Assembly: GCF_964355755.1 (NCBI RefSeq)
Contig: NC_092673.1
Span: 22,193,648-22,257,647 of the forward strand
Source of the DNA: Antedon mediterranea
Lineage: Eukaryota > Animalia > Echinodermata
Direction of reading: 5' to 3'
DNA length: 64,000 nt
Position numbers and translations under genes: made by a program. Shown here in pieces: positions 12,180 to 24,400 of this stretch. Each line of letters opens with the position of its first letter. Within the stretch, counting starts at the first letter, position 1. Below the pieces are notes generated by a model. It saw only the letters and a list, made by a program, of their open reading frames with translations, ran no database searches and was not told the origin of the DNA.

Positions 12180-15100
12180 ATGAATCATTTACGACTGCTA
12201 AACCAGTCTTTGCTGTGCAGAAGAATGTTATTGGCACCGTGCAAGGCTGCTTTTGTGGCTTCTGCTAGGCCTAGACCCTGGCCTAGGCCAGCCAGATTTG
12301 ACAGACATTGTTATTATTATTGCACTTGGGACCAATGCCACCAAAACAATGGTGCCTCACCCATTGGGCCTGACATGGCTTGCGCCAGTGCAATGTTTCA
12401 AGATAGGGTAGGTTGTGCAATGGAATCGAAGATTTTAATTGTGTTATCTATTGAGACAAAAATTAGTAAATTCTTGAAATATAAATAAAAAATTATTAAA
12501 TATTACATTTATTATTGTTCAAGCGTCACTGGAGTTAGCGTGTCGTTAGTTAAAAAGATAGGGTATGGGTATGGTGTTAATAACGCCACACACAAAGGCG
12601 TAGGCTACGCAAAGTGTACGCCAGCCTTACGCCGGCGCCATACGTGTGAATACTTCTTCTGACACTCAAATAAACAAGTAAATACAAATAAAATATATAT
12701 TCAGAAAGTTCAAGGCCGTAATGAGAGGTTAAAAACAGACGAGGATAAAATATGACGATCTGTGCTGGGGAATTAGGTTGGGTGGTGAAAATTGGATCAT
12801 GCTCATGGCTACGGCCCTAAAGTTATTTCTCTTTCACTTCAGAATAAGAAGTTATCTGCCCCTCGCATCGGTGTGTACCGCCAAACAAATGGAAAGCTAC
12901 ATGTAGGACCAGTCTTTAATTGTCAAGATTTACATTTTCTGATCAAAGGACAGCATGATCTTAAGAATCGATCTAGAAGTAGACGATCAGAATCACTTAA
13001 TAAAGATGTCAGACCCACATCTGTTATGTGCCTCACAGATGGCATGCATATCTATCCTGCTGAAATGTGGAAAGCAGAAGAAGGTGATGCAAAGAGAATT
13101 GGAAACAAGAAACAACAAGAGCTTCCTGCTGTCTTTATGATAGAGGAAAGTCAGATTAATGCCCTGTTGTCTTTGATTTCTTCAAGTATATTAGAACTAC
13201 AGTTAAAAGAGAAGATATTGAAGCTTGTTAATGAGGTACTGCATGTTGATAGACTGATGTGCACGACTGCAAAACCTCACAATTGCAATGCGGATGATAT
13301 TGCTTGTTACGCAGATATGAATTATAACAGTAGCAACAAACTTGAAAAGTGTCGTCATATCACACAAGACCAAGGCACAATCAACGATATCATAAAAAAT
13401 GAATGGCGTGAGAACGATATTAAATGCTATAGTTACTTTAAAAGTCTTGTAGATGTCAAATCAAATGATGTACACTCAACAAGCCATGTCTATTTCCGGA
13501 GAGGTGTACCACAGTTGTCATCGCAGTATGGTAAAGATGTAGTAAAGGCACTACGTCCCAGTAAAGAACAACTGAATCTGATGATGGAAAAGCTTTCAGA
13601 AGAAGTAAGTATGTTGAGTATGCAGGTCCTTCATGTGTTCCAGGACATTATGTGACTTTCTTATAATATGTCCTCAGTTTTCAAATGTATTTCCAGGGTG
13701 TCGAGCATATAATATTGATAGTTAAAAATAAATATCAAAAAGTAGTATTAATTTCATATAATAATGACCCCCCCCCCCCTCCCTCTCCTTTTTATGTAAA
13801 CTTCATCCCCTGTCCACCCTGTAGTATGGACAATAAAGTGTTATCAGTATCTGTAATTCAATTGAATTGAATGTTTGTTTCTTTCAGATGCCAAATTTCT
13901 TTGCAAAAAATCATGATTTTAACATTTACTCATCAAACATATTGTTTGAAAACAAGGTTTTTCATATAAAAACACGGTTTGTATTTAAATTTATTATATT
14001 ACCATTGAAAAAAACTAACCACTCCTAAAACAGCCCTTGCAGCAGCCTCCCAGCCGGTTGTTAGTATATCGTCACGAACTGTGCACCCCCTCCTCCACCT
14101 TTTCTTTAAGGCTGGATCCGCCCCTGGACTAGTCTTTTATCTGTTTTTGTTTTCAGTGGTCTTGTTGCTTATAAAGGAAGTATCCAGACAATGAAATATT
14201 CTAGTTTTGTGTATTTTACTGATTTACAAATGGAAGTTTTAAAAATAAGTCTTCAAGAAGAGCGAGATAATATTCAGGTGCGATGGCGTGTCAAAGGCTT
14301 ACCGGCTCATACTTATTATATTAATAAACTATTGAGAAGAAAAACAAGATACAGGTATAAATAATATAGGTCATTCCATTTATTGATTTTAATTTAACTG
14401 ACCAATCAAAGACATGTTGTAAAACAGTGCAGTACAGTAATTCACTAATAATTTTGTTTATGTTGACACAAATAGGCTTTCATAGATTTCAAATTGAAAT
14501 AAAAATATAATATACAGTACATAATATAATGTAAATTTATAATAATTTGATTTCGGTATAACAGAGGTGTGCCCTCTATGGACCCACGGCAGTCACAGTG
14601 CAGTGCCTAGTATAGTGTACCATGAATGTGCAATCTGAAAAATGAGGTCTTTTGCCCAAGGATTTAACAAGCTACACTATTTCAATTCCTTACATTACAC
14701 TATATCTATATATTATACTGTATAATGCCATTGTTGAACAAATAAAAATTTTTGAACTTGAACTATGTGGGTCTAATAGATTTGTTTTCATTCTATTTTA
14801 GGTATTTTGATGCATTTTCCACATTTTACATAGGACAAGATGGTCTGATTCACCGGCATGTGCTTGACAAGGTAAAATATTGTGTTACTAGTGTACTTAC
14901 GTTGGCAACTAATTCAATAATAAAGTTGTTTACAATTAAGTTCAGAGATCACTAACATTCTGGACTGCATGTCCTGGATTGCATGAGGTAACTCCTTGAA
15001 TGATTTTAAAATCAAGACAGTACTTATATTAATAATGCAGTATATGTATGGTCAAGCATTCCTATTAGTACTGTACTTAAGTACTTTTTGCACATTTTTG

Positions 15101-15330
15101 CTCCGACACTTCACCTACACCCAATCCAGTATAGCTCTTCATTGAGAACTGTTTTTTTATTTAGTTTAAAAAAAGTGCAAATTTTATTATTATTATATTA
15201 TCTATTACAGGTTATACCGAGTCCAGAAGAGAAAGCACAGGCATTAAGCTGGCTTCAACGACTAGCATTGAGTCTGGGACTTGTGAGGCCACCCTCACTT
15301 GCTGGTGACTGGAATAGTAATACCAGGTAA
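12180..15330 (+). CDS. C6orf136: C6orf136 homolog (DUF2358), ~488 aa
   Basis: Exons 12180-12407, 12843-13604, 13888-13976, 14157-14354, 14802-14871, 15211-15330. Conserved C-terminal motifs MPNFFAKNHDFNIYSSNILFEN, QVRWRVKGLP, YFDAFSTFYIGQDGLIHRHVLDKVIPS and LALSLGL. Confidence 0.9.
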
Positions 15331-16394
15331 ACAAGTAATATTGGATGAGAGCTGTCATACTTCCTTGTAGTTGTAATATTATGAGAATTCCATTGACCAC
15401 ATTCAAGCATATCAAGTTACCTTTTCAATAAAATTAAGAATCTATAATTATTATATTATATGTTTTGTAGGTAGTTTGGTGGTGTGTGCACACATACTAG
15501 TAGGGTAGTATAAATTATCAACAATTAATCATACAAACAATGTAGATTTTGGGGTTATTATTACTATTATCATTGCTGTGGATTTGTAAATAGCAAAATA
15601 AATTTGATTATTGTTGATAGGAATGTTTACTTTTATTAGATGAAATATATAACAGCAAAGTTTAATTAAAATGATTAATTTATTTATCAGTGTTGTTATT
15701 TGTATATTTTTTTGAACGAGGCAATATTGCCTACAGTGGTGTTTAGAAACATCTTTCTCTGAACATATTTTAAAGGTGAAATTTGCATATACAGTATTAC
15801 AAAAGCAATATAATGTTACGTCTTAGTTTTTTAGATTTGATGACCCAAAAACATGAAAAATGAAGATTAAAAATTTTGAATATGCCATTTTGCAGTTTTA
15901 ATAAAGTTATTCACTTCGGTAGGAAAAAAAAACTCAAAAAGTAATGATTTAACTTATAAAAAGACAAAATAAACAGTTTTTTCAAGTAAATATTTTTTTA
16001 AATTCATGTTGGCACATAATAATCGTGTTGAAAAATATTTTAAATCAAAAGGCCTGCTGGTGCATGAAAGCAAGTACTTGTATGTAATGTCCTTGGTAAA
16101 AGACAACAAAGATTGGTCCAAATTATTTAAAAGTTTGGAAATCAGTTGACCGATGAAACATTTTTATCTTTGGCTGAAAATTACCACAGGACATCATGAA
16201 CAGTTCCCTTGCCAGGGGCAGATTCAAGGGGAGCCCAACTGGCTCGGGTTCTCTCTAAATTTCACAAATTTTAATGCAAAAGATAGTATATCAAGTTCAG
16301 CACTTCATTTCCCTATTTCAAAATCCTGGATCCGCCACTGCTTGCTGAAACAAGGATACGGTCTTCAGGGATGGAGAACCATCTTTGATCATAT

Positions 16395-19300
16395 TTATTG
16401 ACTCTCAACAGTGTCTTTAGGATGTTGAATCACTTTGTCCACTTTGTTAAGATGCACATGAAATGATGGGGTTACCCAAGCACCACAAGAACACTGCTCA
16501 CCTGTCAGTGAATAAGAGATAGTATTTTGTATCTGGTTGAAAGTGCGCTCAGACAAAACTTGCATGGGCATTTACACAGACGAGTGGTAATAGTAACACA
16601 AATATAGAATGTTATTCTTTATGACCATTTACACAAAGCGCGGAGCAGATGGGCTGACAAAACATGGTTTACCGTTACCGCTCGTCTGTGTAAATTGGCC
16701 TTTAGGTACAATAATATCATTTGATGAATATTGAATGAAAGATTGAATATAAGTATACTGGACTGTAGCCATTGTTTGTTTTATCTTTATACTGGGTGAC
16801 CTCTTCAGTCAAAGACTGATCTCCCAGAGGGCCCAGTTGGTGATGATCAGTGGCTGTGATATACTAATACACCGGGGTAAGCCCCTACTCGTCTCGAAAG
16901 ATGTACTAGGTTCTTTAAAGTGCACACGAGCAAGTTGTGTACACTGGACCTACGGTTTATAGTCCTTATCCGAGAAGACTCGTTCTACCACCAGAACCAT
17001 GGAGTGAGTGAGCCTCGAACCCTTGCTGATGTTATGGCTACGTGATTACGGTTCCACTGTCTTAACCGCTATCGGCCACTCACTCACCATGGTTTGTAAG
17101 ATTTCAACCGGACCACTTTTTATAGGTTTTTTTTTTATATTAAGTTTAGGAAGGTTGCCCTTATTTTTTTCAATGTTTAGGAGCTGAACTTTATAATATT
17201 CTGATTATTCTTTAGCCCTTCCCTTGATATATTATTGTTTTATTTATGTTTATATATATATTTTTGGGTAAATTAAAGAAAAGAATAACCCTGTAGCCCG
17301 CACAGGATTATTTACTTTTATTGCGATAACCGCACCACCTTATTTCTTGCGGTTAAAGCACATACAGTACTGTGCACATAATAATCAATTATTTCTTACC
17401 AGACCAATTAAATGAACCAATTTTAGCTGAGCACTTTGGACAGACAATCTAAAGAAATTAGAATGGTGTGGTATAATTTAAAACGTGCTGAGTCACATAG
17501 ATTTATGGTGCTGTTTTTCTTATACTATCTACAGCATTAGGTTTAGTTTAGCACTAATGTGTCATAGTAATGCCACATTTTCAACTGGAAATACTGTAAT
17601 ATTAACCAATGTTAGGGAGCATGTATAATAAAACTAAATAAATTTATACTTTTGCTTTCCGGTAAAATCAGTAATTTTCAGGATTTTTAAAAACTATTTC
17701 ATATTAATTTCATTTTTTTGTTTACATATTTGCTTTTCCTTGACAATATTTTGAGTTTAACATATCGTACATATGAAATATTTACCTTGCCCTGTGTGGT
17801 GCCGATAATTGCCGACTCCATCCACGAAACTGGTTCAATGAACAAGGATGTACACCTGGACTGTGTTACGGGATCGCTGCTCACTTCAGCTAACATATTC
17901 CGTTTGTTCCACTTGAATGCCTCTTGTCCTGACCCTTGATCATGCCCAATGATATTTCCTCTTGACAGCAACAATCGTCTGTTATTTTTAATTGCAAATA
18001 AATAATGTCTGCCATTTATTCACTTACATCGTGAACAAATGAAACACAAGAAATTGTATTGGTCCACTTTAAAATGGAAATTCATTTTACTTGGCATAAT
18101 TAAGACAATAAAACAAAAATTGCAAAAAGCAATTTTATAAAATACTATGTCTCTTTCCAATGATTGTTTATACTGTAGTTCTTTACATACTAATGAACCA
18201 CTGTATATGCACATTTTTTTGCGACCACCTAAAAAATAAAAATTCTAATTGTAATTTACCTGCATTTCTTACACTTAAAGATCACCTCTTGTAACGTTGA
18301 ACTGTTCTTTGGATCTGCTGCTATTCTGTAACTTGTATCATCTCCAGCTGTAAGAAAAATTAAGTCATTTTTCAATCCAATTTTTGGTCAAAGTGATAAC
18401 TGTTATGTGGTATATAGCATATTTAACAATGAAGTGTTGACAAATTATTTTTCAGTGGGACAATATATCTTTAATATTAAGCATTAAAAAGCAAATCAAT
18501 TTCTAAGAGTCGCATATAACTTTGTATATAACAAGTGCCAATGGAATACAGGTAATTTATAATCAATTAAATGTACCTTTAATTTTGTTTGCCCATTGTA
18601 CTAAACGAAATCGTTTATATCGTGGATCTTCTTTGTCTATTCTGTTTCCCATCTGATGATACAGTTGTAGTTGTGATATAAATGCCTCGTTTGGCCTGAA
18701 AGTGTTAACAAACAAATTCAATTTTTTTTTTAAATTATCTATTCATCATAGACATTATCCAAAAGGTTTCTTAAGCTCTCTGTCTACACTATAAAACTAC
18801 TTTGACAAAAAGGTGTGATGTGATATGACACCATCATGTTCATATGTGGTCACATTTTGTTGTCACATTTTGATAGTGTAGACAGAGCTTTAGGAGGATT
18901 TGCTATAGTAGTCGGGCTGGGTAGAAGGCCTGAATAAGCTTTAAATTTGGTGGAAGACTTTGGAGATGCTCACCTCAGCACGGCACAATTACATACCATC
19001 CAAAAATAGTGATCGATGCAAATAATAAAAAACATACAACAACAAATTACTACTTAAATACCATGATTTGAATATCTTACATGACAGCAGGTCTAATTTT
19101 CTGTACTTCTTTTAAAGCTTCGTCCACTGTTAGACATTCCTTCTCCATTAGATATGCTATAACAACTGATGCACTCCTTGACACTCCTCCAAAGCTGGAA
19201 GAAAATGTTTGAATTTCATTACAGTACATGAATCTCATTCTCTCTGGGTTTAAAAAACAAATCTTTTAATATGTCCTTACCAATGCACCAGGATTCCACC

Positions 19301-19540
19301 TTTCTGCAATCCATCTTTGACAAATTCAGTACACTCTGGTAAAAACTGCAGAATATCTGCCTCTAAGTCGTCATCAACTTCAACAAATTTATGAACAACT
19401 TCCTGTGAAGAAAGTGATGGTTTTACAGAAGACATAATGGACAACACATGTCTTATTCCCATATCTGCCAAATTACTGGCGCTTTTAATGCTATCCAAGC
19501 TTCCAATAAACAACCCAGGTCGTATTGAGTCCATGTCCAT
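16395..19540 (-). CDS. DUSP12: Dual specificity protein phosphatase 12 (YVH1 family), ~309 aa
   Basis: Minus-strand exons 19540-19281, 19194-19081, 18695-18577, 18347-18260, 17978-17786, 17448-17400, 16501-16395. Catalytic VHCFGGVSRS spans a splice junction. C-terminal zinc domain CKKCRR...H...C...EPVSWM...CPKC..KIGSFNWSGEQCSCGAWVTP. Confidence 0.95.
16565..16703. mobile_element. Short palindromic MITE (Harbinger-like)
   Basis: Inverted ends CATTTACACAGACGAG and CTCGTCTGTGTAAAT. A related copy lies at ~54778-54930. Confidence 0.6.
16775..17088 (-). mobile_element. Deu/Nin-domain tRNA-derived SINE
   Basis: Minus strand has a tRNA-like head (TGGCCGATAGCGG...GGTTCGAGGC), then TCTTCTCGGATAAGGACTATAAACCGTAGGTCC...GAGTAGGGGCTTACCCCGGTGT (Deu-type domain) and a LINE-like tail. 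A second degraded head lies at ~58420-58530 (+). Confidence 0.8.
18772..18892. mobile_element. MITE family A (TIR AGCTCTGTCTACACTATCAAAC, PIF/Harbinger-like)
   Basis: Inverted ends ...CTGTCTACACTAT and ATAGTGTAGACAGAGCTTTA. Further copies at 22378-22518, 23090-23408, 53722-53831 and 59726-59880. Confidence 0.8.
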
Positions 19541-20679
19541 GATTATTAAATATTTTAAAATACGGTTATTACACAAAAAAGTACATAAATGATCAAATAA
19601 AGAAGACCACGTTCAAAAAGTAGGGGAAATCCCTTCCATGCATGTTTTGGTTGTGCAATTGCTGACTACCTAACTTTCTGTATTAATACAATAACAGCGC
19701 CATCAATTTTGTAGTAGGTGTTTATAGTGTGAACTTTTGATACAATTATTCTTAGTAACTTAAGAGGACAAAAATGGAAATAGGGTATGAAATACGTAAT
19801 ATGATTATTCAAAATTGTGTTTATTTTGTTCCAGCAATGGTGTTCTAAGCCAACATTATTTGCTAATAATGCAATCATATATAACAATACAAATGTCTAT
19901 GTGAGTGATATTTTTAAAATGATACTGATATAAAAAAAGATTTAAAAACTTACTAGGGGCCTATCCCAAAATGGTATAATCCAAGATTCCTCTTCTCGAC
20001 AATCGAGTAGCCAGCTAGCTAGCTAGAGTCCGGATTTCAACGTTGATTTCAATTATTATTATTTTATATTATTATTAGAAAAAAAAGGTTAGTACATTTT
20101 TTTAAATAATAAAACTGCTTTACTATTTATTTAACTATATTTTAAGATCGTTTGGTTATTGATTTTGAACCCCGCCAAATTAACATCTATAGTTAGGCCG
20201 GAGAATGAGTCAGACTCTCACTCAGTCAACGTAGTCAGTGAGGCGGTTTCTGGCATGGCCGATTACAGTACTAATCTCTATACGCCCGGTGTCGCCAGAT
20301 AGGGGCCCGGTATCGCCTGGTAGGGTTTTATGATATAAAATGATGTCAGGTACATTACTGGTAAATTTAACTTTTGTATATTTTTCTTTCCAGAAACAAG
20401 TTAAAATAATATTTTAAACTTTTCATTCGTCACAACGAGTTCGGAACGCGTTCAACTCCACACAAAACGTCATTTATCACAGAGGGCGGTCTTCAGTTTG
20501 GAATAAATCTAATCAGTATTTTGACAATTTTTCACATTTAAATGTATAAAACGTGCATTTAAATATCACAATAACATTAGATTTAATGTTAGCATGTACT
20601 TGATAACATTTTATATTAAAATAGCCTACACCGGGAGTAGATATGACGCGATTACAGTCAGTTTTGCAAATTTAAATTA

Positions 20680-20990
20680 AATTCCCTTAATGATGATGAA
20701 CTGCCTCTCCGCTGAAAAGTCTGCCGACATTTCCGCTTAAGCTGCTCCGTAAAACTCTTTTACCAGTTTCTTCCAATCGGATCTTTCATTGGCTAGTTCT
20801 TTAAGTTATTTGATGTCTTTCTTGGTTTTCAATTGTCCGGAATACTTGATGTTTGCGTTCTGCTTATAAAAGGTGAGTAGGCCGTTGCTGAGAGTTATTT
20901 GGGTAGGGTGGTTCTCGGTCTTCCTCGAAATTGTATATTGGTAGTGTTACTCAAATAATATCTTATTGCTGTGTTGGCTGGTGTACATGG
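20680..20990 (-). mobile_element. Degraded RTE-clade LINE 3' fragment
   Basis: Minus strand encodes RGRPRTTLP and LANERSDWKKLV, the typical C-terminus of RTE ORFs, interrupted by stops. Confidence 0.65.
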
Positions 20991-21104
20991 GTCCCTTACT
21001 ATTATTTAGAATTGTTCCCTAAAAAATATTAATTTAATTTCCTCAACAAGATAATAGTAAAATAGCATACCGGTATTATAAAATTATTAATTTAATTACA
21101 GGTG

Positions 21105-21345
21105 CCGACTTCGCTCCTCTAATTATCCCACCTGACTTCGTTCCACGATCTAATTGGAAAGCTGGTGACAATGCCTTTTCTGTCACCGCTTCGCGGATCT
21201 GGAACGCGCTACCTGTCGATTTGAGAGAAGCGAATTTGGCACCTCTATTTTAACGTCAACTTAAAACTTTTCTTTTTAATTAATTACTAAGTATTGTTAG
21301 GCGCTCTGTTCTTTGTAGAGCGCTTCTATAGAGTAGAATAGAATA
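21105..21345 (+). mobile_element. L2-clade LINE 3' end
   Basis: Encodes VPRSNWKAGDNAFSVTASRIWNALPVDLREA...RQLKTFLF, followed by a GCGCTC..GAGCGC stem-loop and a (TAGAA)n tail. Confidence 0.8.
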
Positions 21346-21419
21346 TAATAATAGATTTGACCAGGGAGTTGGTCTGACTCTTTCATTTTAAAAACTCCTA
21401 TTTTATCTTCTCAGCAAAA

Positions 21420-24400
21420 ATGTTAGCCTCAAATGAGGTAGATTCTACCACAAATTGTGATCCAACATCAGAGACTGTTAATGATAGTTTGCAAGAAGAA
21501 GAAATAGGGAATAGTGATGTCCCACTACAAATAGAAAAGTTCCATGTTGTAGGATCATTGATGGAAGTGGAAAATATCATTAGGGAATATGAAAAGAAAA
21601 CATTCTCAAGATTTGTATCGGACAAAACAGATAGAGGTTTTAATCGCGATGGTATGTATTTTAAAGGGTAATCTTGGATACTTTTGTACACAGTCAACTC
21701 TCCTAATATCGGACTCTCTGAAAACCGGAAACTCTCCCAAAACTAGGTCCAGAAGGTCCCAAACATGCATTTTTACCATTCGAAACACATTTCGAAATAT
21801 CAGACTTTCCTGAAAACCAGACATATTAGGCCAGCCCAAAGGTGTCCGGTATTAGGAGAGTTATATAATTATTTATTATACTGTCATTGTATATCAAAAG
21901 GAAAAAAAGACTGTATTCTCAAAATTCCTTTAAAATACATTAATCACTTAATTACACTAGTACTTTGTTTTAATTATGAAAGAGTGGAACCCCTTTTTAA
22001 CTTAGTAATACTTTTTATTATTTTATTTTGTATCTAGATTGGCAGGCAAAATGTAAGTTTAGATGGAAGCTGAAAGGTTTCCCATTATTAGACCCAACTA
22101 TTCCAGCAATGTATCTAGGCTCTAAATTGCTCACATGTCAGTATGGAAAAGATCGTAATCTTAAAAACAAAAGGAAATGGAAGGAAAGGCAAAACAGAAA
22201 ACGGGTAAATATATGATAGATTATATAGAATAATGAAACAAATATATTAACAATTATTACAATAATAGGGTAGTTGTGTAAAGCGCATTTTAAGCTATTG
22301 GTGTCTGCAAACCATGCTGTAGATATACCTGTTGGCTTCCGTTAATTTAAGCATACAGCACCTGAAATTGAAACACCAAAGCTCTTATCTATCTACACTT
22401 CCCTATCAAACTTTATGTGACACTAAAATCTAATGTGCCTTTATATAGACATTATGATGTCATATTGCTACCATATTTGGGCACATCAAACTAGTTTGAT
22501 AGTGTAGACAGAGCTTTAGGAATAACCTGATCCATCCTTTGACATAGCAGATAGTTTGTTATAACCTATACAGGAATGATAGTCTGTTCATCATGTGCAG
22601 TGCGTGCAATGTTGTTTATAGATACTGTCAAGTTCCATACATATTTAACACCTTCAAAAATATAATTAGTAATTTTATAATTTTTAGTCATTCTTTTATT
22701 AACTAATTTTAGTTTAACACTTTATGTTGTTAATTGTTGATGTACTATATGTACAGTATCTTTTACCTACATTTAAAAAATTTATTTTTAATAAAAACAA
22801 ATCTTATTTAATCATTAGTTGGTTAACTTTTACAGTTTTACTTCATTATGAGGTCATTTAGTCTTTTGATTTTCTTTTATGACATCTTTATAAATATGAT
22901 GATCAATCAGTATGAAATCAAACTTTGTTTATTGGTTGAAAAAAAAAAGTCTCTTGTATTTTAGGAACTAAATGGAGAAGTTAAAACATACAATAGATCA
23001 CAACCAACAAAGAAAGTGAATTGTCCAGCATCTATCTGGATAAAGAAGATGGCAACATTCCCTGCATATAAGGTGAGCATATACAGTGGCTACCAAATAT
23101 TATAGTGATATGCCCAAATATGGTAGTGATATGCCCAAATATGGTAGTGATATATGACCATATATGGGCAAATCACATTTTTTTGTCACATTAAGTTTGA
23201 TAATGTAGACAGTGCTTAAGCAGTTGTTCACGTGAAGGTTCAGCTTGTTAAGCTCTGTCAAAAATAATGTGAATGTGCCCAAATATGGTAGTGATATGCC
23301 CAAATATGGTAGTGATATGCCCAAATATGGCAGTGATATGACATCAGCATCATGCATGTCCATATATGGGCAAATCCCATAAAGTTTGATAGTGTAGACA
23401 GAGCTTTAGTCAACCATTAGTTTGTGAGCATCCAAATACATCTGAGCGCATTTAAAATAAACAAATAGTATCACCATTAAATGATTTTCTTTGTTTGTAA
23501 ATTTGTAAGAGGTATGAACAAAGCAAAGTTAGTACAGTAGCTTTTTTTTAAATCTAATAATTATGAGGTATAACTTGAAACATGGTTTTAAAATAAACAT
23601 ATAGATTGATTTACTTGTTTTAGTTAACTAGACCAACAGAAAGTTCTAGGAAAACAGCTGCTAATAAATTCTGGAACGACAAGACAAAGAATGCAAAATC
23701 AGTTGAAGTAATCATGAAATATTTAGTCATATTACCTGATCTTGATATTCATAAAAACCATCCAGTTGGTGAGGTATGTTTTTATTTTTAATATTTTATA
23801 ATATATGCTGAGTTATGATAATAATATTGATGAACCATCTGTGCGAGTACTGTAGCCTCACCATTACTAAATGCTTATGTATGCTGTTAGTTTGTTGTTG
23901 TATTATACTGTACTAGTAAATGAAAGTGCAATATAACATACATGTTATGTATTATATAAATGTTTATTGTTTTTCTTTAGTCATGTTTAATTGAAAAGAC
24001 TGCCAAAGAAATTATTCAACAAATTGAATCTCTGGCTGCACGAAAAATCTGGAAGGTTTCCGTCATCTCAAAACATTTAGATGAGTTCAGGCGCAACACA
24101 CTCTTCAAAAACAAAGAGATGCCTCCAACGTCCAGCAGAGCATACTTCCCAAATCATAAAGATTTGCATAATATTTTATACAGGTACAAATGTAGAAATA
24201 GGTCTTCACCTGTAGAACTACAACAACTCGAGGAATTAGTTCAAAATTGGTCTGAAAAAAATCCAGATGATCATTTTTATTACAGAAGAAAAGTTAATGC
24301 GAAAGAAAACTCTAGCTTTTTACTCTGCTATCAGTCAAAACAGCAAAAACGACTGTTGAACTTGTATGGAGATTTAGTTATGCTTGATGCTACTTATAAA

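Noticed and set aside
23100-23363. 87-aa ORF with ISLPYLG repeats
   Set aside because: It is the translation of the 21-bp internal repeat of MITE family A.
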